Assembly (NCBI GenBank): GCA_030704615.1
Contig: CM060732.1
Location: 48,608,001-48,672,000, forward strand
DNA from: Takakia lepidozioides
Lineage: Eukaryota; Plantae; Bryophyta
Length of the DNA: 64,000 bases
Direction of reading: 5' to 3'
Shown: positions 38,001 through 49,028 of the stretch, one piece after another
Layout: each line of letters starts with the position of its first letter
Numbering within the stretch: position 1 is the first letter of the stretch
Translations under genes and position numbers: made by a program
The notes under the pieces: model-generated
What the model was told of the DNA's origin: nothing
The model's database searches: none
Seen by the model: only the letters and a program-made list of their open reading frames with translations

Positions 38001-39254
38001 GTGCGGCATGCCCATGAGGAGTTGGGGCATTTTGGAGTGCGACGCACTCACAGTTTACTGCAGGGGCAGTATTGGTGGCGTGGTATGCATACAGAGGTGC
38101 AACAGTTCATGGCTAAGTGCATGGTGTGTGACAGGGTGCGTGCTTCATTCAACGCCCCTACACCACAGTTGCATCCTTTACCAATCATGGGATTGGGCTA
38201 CATGTGGAGTCTTGACTTCGCAGGACCGTTGCCACTGACTATGCGCCACCACAGATATGTGTTGGTGTTGGTGGAATACTTCTCCAAGTGTATTGAGTTG
38301 GTTCCATTGCCTGACAAGGCTAGTGAGGGGGCTGCGTATGCATTCTTGGATCATGTGCTTAGCCGATTCGGTGCTTCAGCTGAGGTACTCACGGACCAAG
38401 GAAGAGAGTTCTTGGGGGAGTTTCAGGCTTTGTGTGATTAGGCCTTGATAGACCACCGCACCACTTCTCGGGATCATCCTAAGGCCGATGGCTTGGCAGA
38501 GAGAGTTGTTCAGACGGTGAAGAGGGGTTTGCGCAAGTAAGGCTTGCAAAAGGGACACCTAGGAGATTGGGATCTTCAGGTGCCTTGGTTAGCCATGGGC
38601 TACAGGTTCAGCAAACAAGCATCACTTGCCTCATTCTCACCATATTTCCTTCTCTTTGGCCGAGAGTCGGATTTGCCTGCAGCCATTCGTAGGGACACTG
38701 CTCAAGTCCTTAACCCCGACGATCCGGACGTGTGGGTACGTGCATGTGATCAGCGTGCAGAGTTGTTCAAGAAAGTCCTGCCCATGGCTTTTGTGAACCT
38801 TGCCATTGCACAGCACCGTGATACGTTGAGGTATGCCACTATACATGGTGGAGGATATCGTCCTGGGGTTCGGAGGTTTAGCCCTGGTGACTATGTTTAT
38901 TTGCAGCAGACTGCTCCTATAACCTTGGATGTCACTGCAGGGCGTGTTATTCTGAGGGTTCAAGAGGTGTTGCCCTCAGGAGTTCTGATCTTGGAGGGTC
39001 GGGATGGCATGACTTGGAAAGACCATGTCCGTAATTGTGCGCCATGTCACCTTCCCAATGTTGATGGCAGAGTTGACCCATACTTGGCAGTGGTACCTGC
39101 AGGTTTGAGGTGCATGCTCTGTGGGTCTGCCAAAGGGGCAGCTACCATGCTGGTGTGTGATCGATGCTCAAGAGGTTGGTATATGGGATGCTTGACACCA
39201 CCTCTTGAGAGGGTTCCTGATGGAGATTGGTTATGTCCACACTGCTTGGGATAG
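32010..39254 (+). pseudogene. Element B polyprotein: Gag-PR-DNMT-RT-RNase H-integrase-PHD; multiple stops and frameshifts
   Basis: Colinear and highly similar to element A (GPRRYSGAVGTIELDDFIQEFDSWCDLQQMRNPQLF identical). LLDSGA; WPCQ/LENV; YIDD; HTDWS/TDH; HAHEELGH...CMVC, SLDFAGP, LTDQGREF; PHD CMLC...CDRC...CPHC. Confidence 0.95.
34870..35825 (+). other. DNMT3-like cytosine-5 methyltransferase domain of element B
   Basis: LDLFGGISTG, YVERD, DLVVAGWPCQGHS, LENV, SRAHRPRLWWTNL, NADERERTMGF, RRQVLGQAMD. One TAG at 35308. Confidence 0.92.
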
Positions 39255-41214
39255 TGACAGTGGACATGACTAGAGGCAGCTAACAAGACATGGGAGGCCA
39301 AGCTCATAGAAGTCAATACACGAAATCCCGGGCTCAAATTCACAGGTTGCAAGACGACGACTAACGATGGGGCAACTCTTGCACCCGGCCTCTTGATCTA
39401 TCGAGTTTGAGTGTAGTAGGGACATTAGTGGAGGACTTAGTGAGGCTATGGTCACTATCACATCTTGTGGCTACCTGGACTTAGAGGGACCTAAGCACCA
39501 GCTAGGGGAGCGATTGTGTGGACTAGTGACTGCCATAGTGGGCAGCATAGTGGCAGCTTAGTGACTGACTAGTTGTAGCCTAGTGGTTGGACTAGTGGCT
39601 GGACTAGTGATATACTAGTGTGTGACGTGCACATGTGTTGTGTGGTTTTGGACAGCGATGTAGTTGTGTAGCGATATGTATGCGCACGACAGCTGTCAAG
39701 TTATTTTACCACTCGTATGAAACTAGCTAGGAAATAGCTAGCTTTTACATATTGACATTTGGGATTGGCCCAAGTGTCAATCCAGGGGTCAAGGCAGATT
39801 TAGGCCCTGGAGTGGTTATCTTCACGGCAAGCGCGGGAGGCTCATCTTTCTCGAGTTGAGCCTCACCGCGCCTAGCTATGGCGCTGTGAGCTCGTGCTTG
39901 TATTCTTCTTCTTTATCATTGTGTGGATTAGTGACTGCCATAGTGGGCAGCATAGTGGCAGCATAGTGACTGAGTAGTTGTAGCCTAGTGGTTGGACTAG
40001 TGGTTGGACTAGTGGTGGACTAGTGATATACTAGTGTGTGGCGTGCACATGTGTTGTGTGGTTTTGGACAGCGATGTAGTTGTGTAGCGATATGTATGCG
40101 CACGACACAAACATAGAACAAGCTATTGAGTTTTCTATGACATACCCTCTTCTAGCCATCGCATGCACTCATAGTGCTTCCTTCCATGGCCATAGTGCAC
40201 CTTTTAGAGCTCCTAATCCAGCCCTGCACTTGCCACTTCCATAGACATGCTCTTCCCAAGCTTGGGATTGAAACCCCAACTCAAAGCATGCTCTACAAAT
40301 ACACTATTCTGCCACAAATAGAAATCAGATGTCTGCCTCCACTCATAGCTCTCCTAAACTTGAAGTTGAAGACTCCCACAAGCTGAAACCATGCTCCACA
40401 CATGCACCGCTTGCTCCCTTAACACCCGAGCTCTTCTTGAACTCTTCAAACCCTGCAGCATTTGCAAAACAACAGCTTCTTCACAAGCTCTCAAACTTCT
40501 CTCCTTGAAGACCTCCTCTTGTACATAAACACCACAAGGCTTTATTTTTGCAAACCCTGCAACACCTTGTAACTTAAGAGCTATCTACCAAGCTCTCATC
40601 CATACAAGTGCTAACTATGCTAACACCTTGCACTCATAGATGTAAGCAGGTCTTCTTTTAGTGATACGGAAATGGTGAAAAGAGGAGAAACCACTCTATC
40701 ACGTTATATAAGTCAAGCCAATGGCACATTTGCTAAATGACTCTAGTTCTTGAGATGGAGAGTGGGTGAGGTCTGTATGGTGGCAGTGATTTGAGCATTC
40801 TGATTTTCGAAGCTGCCTTCAAACATGATTTCGTTGCCTTCTGGGTCCGAAGCCTCAACCTCCAACAGAATTATCAGACTTCGAGTAGGCTCCACTTGCC
40901 GTCGTACAGGGTCCAGATGAGGAAGTATGCGTCGCATTGGTGGCCCATCGTCTCGAGAGCATCGGCGTGATGTTGAAGGTCGTGAGAGTCGGAACGACTG
41001 ATCTGGTAGTTGGGTAAGCGACAGCTCCAATGTATCTGGTTCCTGTGACTCCATGCTACCAATACAAGACTCAAGAGTGCTGAAAGTGTAGCTATATATA
41101 CTGATGTGTGGTGCTCATCCCTCCTTAGTGAGTATCAGGTACATTGAATGTGGAGTCTTCACCTTGAAGCTAACTTGGCTGACATCATCGTTGTGACGTC
41201 TTATTGGCGTGCAA

Positions 41215-44200
41215 CTCGAGGCTTAGCTGGATATCGTTGATGAAACTCTTAGACTTTGTCAGATGCATTTGCGAGGTTGGATGAAGGTTTCAACGTTCGT
41301 TCGCTGATGTTGTAGCCTTTCCAATTACGAAATACTCAAGACATTTATACTTGATGCGAGAGTCTAGGACTTCGTCGACTTCATACTCAATTTCCTGATT
41401 GACTTCGATTGGTGGAGGTGGTACGGAAACTCTCCCTGGAATATTCGATGGATGATACAACTCCAATAATGAAATATGAAAGACTGGATGGATGCGCATA
41501 CTTCGTGGGAGTTCAAGCCAAAAACTGACCGGATTTATTTGTCGAATAATTTTGAATGGTTCCAGGCGTTGATAATCCAACTTCCTTAATGATCGCGAGG
41601 TTTGTATATCCCGTCGAAGAAGCCATACACGATCTCCGACCTTGAACTGAGGTTGGAGTTGACGACGTTGATCTGCATTCTCCTTGTATTGTTTTTGAGC
41701 TTCTGCGAGGTGGAATGTAAGCTTATTGTGAATCGTAGCGAGATGAGTAGCAAGGTTTTCTGCAGCAGGGCTTCCAACAGTCTTCATGTGGAAATGGTTT
41801 GCTCGAGGATGATGATCATAATTGAAGAAAAATTGAGTTTGCTTGGTCGAAGAATGTATACTGTTGTTGTAGGCAAACTCGGCCAATGACAGAAGGTCCG
41901 TCCAATTATCTTGGTGATAATTTATCGAACAGCGAAGATACTGCTCCAAAATCTGGTTTACACGTTCGGTTTGACCATCAGTCTGTGGATGATTAGATGT
42001 AGAGAGGTTGATCTTAGTATCCAATATGTGAAATAATCCCCTCCAAAAATTTGATATGAACTGTGGTCTTCGATCAGATACGATGTCCTTCGGGAGTCCA
42101 TGAATACGGTAGAATTATTGAGGAAAAGTCTTGCAGTTTTCTCACCGGTAACCGTCTTATTACATGGAATGAAATGTGTCATCTTCATAAAACGATCTAC
42201 AATAACAAGGATTGAATCGGTGGTATTGGAAATTGAAAGGTCCGTATTAAAGTCCATAGACATGGACGACCATGGACATGGACGACCATGGACCCTTGGG
42301 AATGGGTAATGGTTGAAGAAGGCCGTAAGGTCGATGTCGTGGTCCCTTCGCTCTAGCACACGTGTCGCAAGATTTTATAAATTCTTTCACGAGTTTCCAC
42401 ATTTGCGGCCACCAGTAGTCCCTGGATATCAATTCCATTATTTTGTTGAAGCCGAAATGTCCTACAGCCGGAAGATCATGACATGTTTGAAGAATTCGAA
42501 ATCATATAGGTCCTGGAGGTACATAAAAAAAGTCCCTTGAAATAAAGTAAGTCATCTTTAATTTCGAAGTCGTTTGTAACATATGGGTTGTCTCGAGGTC
42601 GATTTAGTTGACTTCGTAGTGTCGTAGCAAATTTGTCGCTCTTCAGTGCTTCCTGAATCTCCTTTATAATCTCTACATCGTCATAGGTGGACATGGATAG
42701 CATATTCAATTGGGGTTTCAAGATGATGGATTTATGTTGGTCTAAAGCTGCATCCCTTTCTTTTGGCACTAGATACGATCGTCGAGAAAGAGCATCTGGT
42801 TTTCCTTGAAGATGTCCGGAACGGTAGGTAATATCAAAATCAAACCTTGCTAGTGACATACTCCATCGCACTTGACGTCGTCAAAACACGAGCACTCATA
42901 AAATACTCGAGGTTTTTGTGATCGGTATAGACTGTGACCTGATGTTTAGCTCCCTCCAATAGATGACGTCACTCCTCAAAAGCATCGATAATCGCTATAA
43001 GTTCTTTGTTATGGATTTCATAATTGATCTCCACAGCGAAAAATTTGCGAGAACGAAAACCAAGAGGGTGAAGTCGGCTATCTGTACCATATTGAGAGAG
43101 TATCGCGCCAAGTGCAAAGTCCGATGTATCTGCTTCCAAAAAGAATGGTTTAGATGGGTCTGCATGTACCAATATTGGAGCCATTGTAAATGTCTGCTTC
43201 AGCCTTTCAAATGTTTGGTCAGCCTTCTCGTCCCATACAAATTTGTCCTTCCTTGTGAGTCGTGTCAATGGTGTAGTAATTTTGGAGTAGTCCTTGATGA
43301 AGATTCTATAGAAATTTGCAAATCCTAGAAAATATTGTACATCTCGGACCGAAGCTGGTTTCATCCACTCGATGATGGTTTGTATTTTCTTCTGATCCAT
43401 AAAGACTCATTTGTTGGAAATAATGTAGCCCAAAAATTCGACTTCAGATTGGTGGAAATGATATTTTTCCAACTTGGCATATAGTCATTTTTCCCTCAAT
43501 TTATCAAGGACAAGGCGTACATGACGACCATGTTCTTCTTCATTCTGTGAAAATATCAAAATGTCGTCCAAATAGATGACTACCAAGTCATCTAAAAATT
43601 CTCGAAAGATGTCATTCATCATGTGTTGAAAAATTGCTAGAGCATTTGTAAGACCGAAAGGCATAACACTGTATTCGAAATGTCCGTACATTGTGCGAAA
43701 AGCAGTCTTCCATTCGTCTCCTTCTTTTATTCGTACAAGGTTGTAAGCTCCTCTCAAGTTGATCTCTATGAAAAAAATTGCTTGTCCAAGTTGTTCGAGG
43801 AGTCCGGAAATCAGCGGTAGTAGGTAACAATTTTTTATAGTGACTTTGTTGAGCCCACGATAGTCCACACATATGCGTAACGTTCCGTCATTCTTCTTCA
43901 CAAATAAGATAGGTGCTCCCGCGGGTGATTTCGAATGTCGAATGAATTTTTTTGACAAATTTTCATCAATGTATTTGCGTAAAGCAGCCAGCTCCGTCTG
44001 AGATAAATTGTAGATCGGGCCGAATGGTGGTTGAGCTCATTCTTGCAACTCAATTGCACAATCATAAGGTCGATGTTCTGACAACATGTCTGCATTTTTC
44101 TTCTTGAATACATCCTTGAAATCTTGATATTGAGTAGGTAATGTCGAAGTACCTTAGTCTGTTATGGTTTGGATCGCAGTCGCATAAAGTGCAAATGTTG

Positions 44201-45725
44201 CGTTTTTCTTTGTAGCTCTCATGAAGGCTCTAGCTCCAAGAAACAGAGGTTGAATACCTTTGGTACTTTTGCATTTTTGTCTTGCCGAAATTTTCGTGAT
44301 CGTCAGTCGATGTCAGGATTATGAAGTACAAACCAGGGAAGTCCAAGGATCACATGATTCGTTGGAGACTGGATGACATTGAAAACAATCTGTGATGCTT
44401 GATTTTTAAGCTTCACTTCAAGGGGTCGAATTTCATGGTCAATATTTCCTGAAAACGGTCGTCCATCGATGACTTCAACAGGGGCCGAGAATATCTTTCT
44501 TACGAGCGTTAAATTATGTTGCTTCGCAAAGTCTTTGTTAATAAAGCACGCTGAAGCGACCGAGTCCATAAGTACTTCTACGGAGATATTTTGATTTTGC
44601 ATCCTGATCTTTACTGGAACTGTGAAACAAGGTATAGGGTCTTAAGGTAGAAAGAGACATTTTTTTGGTGAGGAATTTGGGGTGTCCAGCTCATGATCCC
44701 TACTGTGACTAGACATCTTCGTTTTTCGACCTCCTCGTATCTAACACTTGAGTTGTGCCCCGAGCTTTGAATCTTCTCTTGTTGGGGCAGTTTAATGCTA
44801 TGTAATCATCTTCTCCGCAATAAAGGCATAATTCATTCGAGCGCCGTCTTTATTTTTCTTGTGGCGTCAATGGCTTGAATCGGACACCATCAATCTGCAT
44901 ATGATCATTACCGGATGTCTGATGGATCGTTGTGTTTAGTGCCGTAGTAGCAGCGACATGGTGCGTCGTCGACCATCCACATCGCTTCTCTTGACGTCTT
45001 TCGAACAAACGATTATCGCATGCAATGACTTAGGTGATGAATTCGCTCAGTGTACTCACGTTTGACATTGTCAGCAACAAATCTTTTACATCATCTTTTA
45101 GCCCACATCGAAACTGACTAATGAGGCTCTTCTCATTCCAGTCGAGGTCGCAGGCAAGTTGTCGAAATTCGACAGCATAAACGGAAGCAGAACATGCTCC
45201 TTGTCGAAGATTTCGCATCTTTGTCTCTGCAACTCTATCTCTATCATTCTCTCAAAACGTTGTAGTGAACTCGGACATGAATGCTTCAAAATTATATAAT
45301 AAATGTGATTCTTTTTTTGATAACGGTGCAAACCAAGATAGGGTAGTGCCTGATAGAAGGGTGCCCACGAATCCCACTTGAATACCTTCATCGGGGTAGC
45401 GTTGTGGATGTAGTCGTAGGAACAGTCGTACTTGTTGAACAAAACCGCGAAATCTTGATCTCGTCCCATCAAATTTCTCGGTTATGCTGATCTTTGGTTC
45501 TCTCGTAATCTGTTGAAGATGAACCGTTGCAGTAGGAATTCGTATGGTTAAAGATCCATTGTTCGACTCATTTAACTCTGAAATTTGTTATTGCAAATTG
45601 TGGAGAGCGTTGCCAAGATCTTGAGACTGATCAGCTTGCAATTGGATGGTAGAGGTACGAAGTTCTTGCATCTGGAGCTGAAGACTCTGCAATGTGACGA
45701 CCATTTCCGCAAATGTGCCTTCCAT
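41215..45725 (-). pseudogene. Element C: degenerate gag-pol of a Ty3/Gypsy chromovirus (Tcn1/Tf1-sushi-like) with chromodomain
   Basis: Gag LRQG..SASVYAVEFRQLA; PR VLMDSVAS; [20 protein letters not shown]; RNase H EADTSDFALGAILSQ; IN HPQTDGQTERVNQ; IHPVFHISLL; chromodomain EYEVDEVLDSR...WKGY. Confidence 0.9.
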
Positions 45726-45763
45726 CTTAACTAACTAATGAACAAACTTTAGTCTCGCCAAAC

Positions 45764-46387
45764 TGTCAGGGACGAGAACATGACTGAACACAAACAAGAG
45801 ATCAGACTAGAGGTACAAGACTAGACAAGAAGTCAAGGTCGGCGTGACGAATGCACGATGAGTAAATATGAATCAAGACGATCTTTATAACAATGAACAA
45901 GAGTACAAGATATTGGAACACGACTTGAATACTGGAATGCTCGAAACTGGACTGGAGTACCAGATACTGGAAACTGGGCTAGAACACTGGGAACTAGATT
46001 GGAGTACTGGAAACTGGAAACAAGAGTAGCTTGAACTGGTGTTGGTGAGAGTGAAGAGTGTGCAGTTTCGCCTTCTATATATACTGGCTACTAAGAAGGT
46101 TCCCCTAAGAAGCTTCCCTTATGGAGGTTTCTTGCTGGAGAAGTTTCCAAGATTAAACAAAGGTTTCTTGATGGAGAAGCTTCATTAAACAAAGGAGGTA
46201 TCTTGATGGAAAAGTTTCCCAAGTTATTTTTGGTGATTTGGTAAACTCCCGATAACTTGGTAAGTAATGGTAAATCATGGTAGATCATGGTAAATTATGA
46301 TAAGTCATGGTAATTTCCGGTGACATGGTAACTTGATAACTTCTGGTATTTACTCATGGTAAGTTCCTCTGGGCGATGTCCGTGACA
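45764..46387 (-). repeat. 5' LTR of chromovirus C
   Basis: TGTCA...CCCTGACA on the minus strand, similar to 46881-47509, and followed by the PBS-position sequence 45751-45763 and gag. Confidence 0.9.
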
Positions 46388-46880
46388 CTACGTAAAGAAT
46401 TTTTGGTCCCCCCTCTTTATCTTTATCATCTTTCGAACACGGTGTCTAGTCTCAAGTGGTCTTGGCAAGAAAGGTGTCATGGTTATGTTTGTGATTAGTT
46501 AGAAATAGTTATTTCTAGCTAATTAGGACATTATACATTTATATTTGTATTTTGTTGGCATTGGGACTTCATTTGGTTCCATGTGCCAAGTGAGGTGACG
46601 AACCTCACTTGGGACGTGGAGAGATTATCTCCACGTGAGACGTAGGCAGACTCGTCTTCTTCTAATCGAGCCTCCCAAGGCCTCTCTCGCCGCCATAGCT
46701 CCCAAGTTCAAGGTGTTGGACATTATCGATGGTTGCAGGGACCTATAAATCATTTGAGTCAAGAACGAAGAGCCGAATACTTGGCAAGTAGCATTCGCCG
46801 GATTTTGGATTTTTCTCCAACTCTAAGCAAGTCCAAGATTTTACCGTTCCTCGAGGAACTCGGCGCTAGAGGAGGGGTGA

Positions 46881-47509
46881 TGTCAAGAGAAACTTACCAT
46901 GAGTAAATACCAGAAGTTACCAAGTTATCGGAAGTTACCATGACTTATCATAATTTACCATGATCTACCATGATTTACCATTACTTACAAAGTTATCGGG
47001 AGTTTATCAAATTACCAAGAGTAACTTGGGAACTGCTCATGAAGCTTCATTTTGAGGAAACTTATCTATCAAGATACCTCATTGTTTAAGGAAGCTTCTC
47101 CATCAAAAAACCTTTGTTTAATCTTGAAAACTTCTCCAGCAAGAAACCTCCATAGGGGAAGTTTTTTAGGGAAGTTTTTTAGTAGCCAGTATATATAGGA
47201 GGCGAGACTGGACACTCTTCAGTCTCACCAACACCAGTTCAAGCTACTCTTGTTTCCAGTTTCCAGTACTCCAATCTAGTTCCCAGTACTCTAGCCAGTT
47301 TCCAGTATCTGGTACTCCAGTCCAGTTTCGAGCATTCCAGTATTCAAGTCGTGTTCCAATATCTTGTACTCTTGTTCATTGTTATAAAGATTGTCTTGAT
47401 TCATATTTACTCATCGTGCATTCGGCCACGCCGACCTTGACTTCTTGTCTAGTCTTGTACCTCTAGTCTGATCTCTTGTTTGTGTTCAGTCATGTTCTCG
47501 TCCCTGACA
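46881..47509 (+). repeat. 3' LTR of chromovirus C (outside the inversion)
   Basis: Preceded by the PPT AGAGGAGGGGTGA (46868-46880); TGTCA...CCCTGACA; TATATATA at ~47190; followed by TSD catag. Confidence 0.9.
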
Positions 47510-47614
47510 CATAGGGTAAAACACCTGGGCTCGGTGGTTCCTAGGTATTCGCCCTTGTAAACTCGGGCTACCGCCCTCGTTTCAAGGGCTCAAATGTAGA
47601 ACCAGCTCGCCTAG

Positions 47615-48760
47615 GTGCTTTGCTCTATACAAAATTTATGTGTCCTGACTCCATTACATAACAAAAAATTCCATGTGGATGACATGATACGTGACGAAAT
47701 AACTGGACTTCAAACAACTGCAAGATGGAATTTGTCCATACCAAATTTGCAACTACTATATCGCATATATGTGATCATTCAATCGTTAAATATTCGTTCA
47801 ATACACAATCACTATTGTGATATTATGGCCGACTAGTACAACCCACAAACATCTCATATACTATGTTTAAATAAAACGTGTTTATATCCAAATAATCAAA
47901 AGTGGTCATTATATGTACTGGTCAGCTTAGCTTTGGCAGCCCTTTACTAGTTTTCCTTAGGTCCTCTTCATTTACTTGGTAGTTTGTCTTATCATTTACT
48001 TAGTTCTCTTCTATGTGCAGTTTTTGCCTCAGCCAAGATCTCCCCTGTGCTTGCCGCTGCTATGCTTTCAGCAGTCATTCATAGCTTGCTGGTTCCTTAT
48101 GACCAGTGAATCACTGGCCTCTATAGAGCTTCCCCCTAGGTGGACAAGTATTGGGTGTTACACTATCATTGCATGATGTAAGCCTTTATGGCCTTCTTCA
48201 CGGTTATTTTTTCCATGAATTCTCTTAATATGATTTAAAGGGCTTCCTCCCCTTTCCGTTTAAAAAAAAAAATGTACGTAGCGATCACTTCTCAAGACCC
48301 TTGTGTTATGACGGGCACGGAACAACCATTCTATATGATAAAACCACCTTGCTTCAAAAATTACGAAATCGAAACACAGAACAACGATGCAAAGCCATAC
48401 ACGGCATTGCAATATATAAACCTCATTTGCTTTCTCTTTAGAACATTTTACAAAATTTCTATTATCGAGCACCGAAAAATTATTCAACTATTTTTATCGG
48501 AGATTTTAATATCAATCTTCGCAAATCCAACATAGAATCTGACTCACCACTCATTCATGAAAAGCTACAACTTCCAACTTACATTCAATGAACTTCAAAC
48601 GACTTACTATAATTCTCAGTTAGATCATATATGGATTAATTCACCTACAACAACATAGTTTGTCTCGAACAAAAGAAGCATATCACACCACCACAAACCC
48701 ACAAACCCATTTACTTAGCATTCAAACTTCCATCAAACTTCCGGATTACGTCAATCACTT
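47615..48760 (+). mobile_element. Helitron remnant: post-helicase region plus AP-endonuclease-like domain (Helentron-type), degenerate
   Basis: SIQNLCVLTPL...IQSLNIRSIHNHYCDIMAD; SHILCLN(K)T; YDGHGTTILYD; IAIYKP; SQLDHIWIN. These APE-like motifs occur in order. Confidence 0.6.
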
Positions 48761-49028
48761 TACAACCGATTTGTAACTACGATAAGGCAGAGCTCGCATG
48801 TATTCCATGCGTTTGTTTTTCCCCCTTTGCATGTTCACATGATTCATGTGGCTTGAGTCACTGGGAGCAATGATCAATGCACAAAGAAGTTTGATTGATC
48901 TCAGAGCGGTTTAGGTTTGACAGTCTTAGAGTGGGGCTCAATTTGGTATGGTTTACTGTGAATGAGCCTCGGCCAGGTTGAGAGAAGGAGAGACTGGGCG
49001 AGCTTGATAAAGAGAGGACAAAAGTTTG

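Larger units (their letters stand above)
30386..40107 (+). mobile_element. Element B: structurally complete DNMT- and PHD-bearing Ty3/Gypsy retrotransposon with split direct repeats, inserted in element A's leader in the opposite orientation
   Basis: TSD CAAA (30382-30385 and 40108-40111). A1 30386-30702; purine tract 39504-39513; B1 39515-39691; GC; A2 39694-39918 (lacks ~92 bp of A1); T; B2 39920-40107. Termini are TGTCA...CACGACA. Confidence 0.95.
20119..46701 (-). mobile_element. Element A: DNMT- and PHD-bearing Ty3/Gypsy retrotransposon with split direct repeats. 3' end at 20119; 5' repeat A1 broken into 40662-40743, 40744-40783 (inverted) and 46475-46701 (inverted). Contains nested element B.
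   Basis: B2 20119-20203, A2 20205-20552, GC 20553-20554, B1 20555-20639, purine tract from 20641. TSD AAGG (46471-46474 and reverse complement of 20115-20118). The leader at 40170-40410 is homologous to element B's leader at 31570-31760. Confidence 0.85.
40784..46701. other. ~5.9-kb inversion, with an adjacent 40-bp inverted block at 40744-40783
   Basis: Undoing it restores element A's A1 repeat with its AAGG TSD. It also turns the two inverted LTRs of chromovirus C into direct repeats with the PPT in place and TSD cgtag/catag. Confidence 0.85.

Noticed and set aside
20119-40107. Classifying elements A and B as DIRS/Ngaro/PAT because of the split direct repeats
   Set aside because: No tyrosine recombinase ORF is visible. 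They have an aspartic protease, an HHCC/DDE integrase in Gypsy domain order, and 4-bp TSDs.
39515-40107. A2 as a solo LTR inserted with a long target duplication (B1/B2)
   Set aside because: The same arrangement, GC and T spacers, and outer TSDs occur in two diverged copies, and the TSDs pair A1 with B2.
46560-46701. Hammerhead or HDV ribozyme in repeat A
   Set aside because: Hairpins are present, but I could not place the CUGANGA/GAAA core or an HDV nested pseudoknot in both subfamilies.
45764-47509. Foldback or MITE element with ~620-bp TIRs
   Set aside because: Explained as the two LTRs of chromovirus C after the inversion (PBS, PPT and TSD are all consistent).
47930-48260. Exon-like stretch (FASAKISPVLAAAMLSAVIHSLLVPY) inside the Helitron remnant
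   Set aside because: It may be a captured fragment, but it is too short and unrecognised to support a call.
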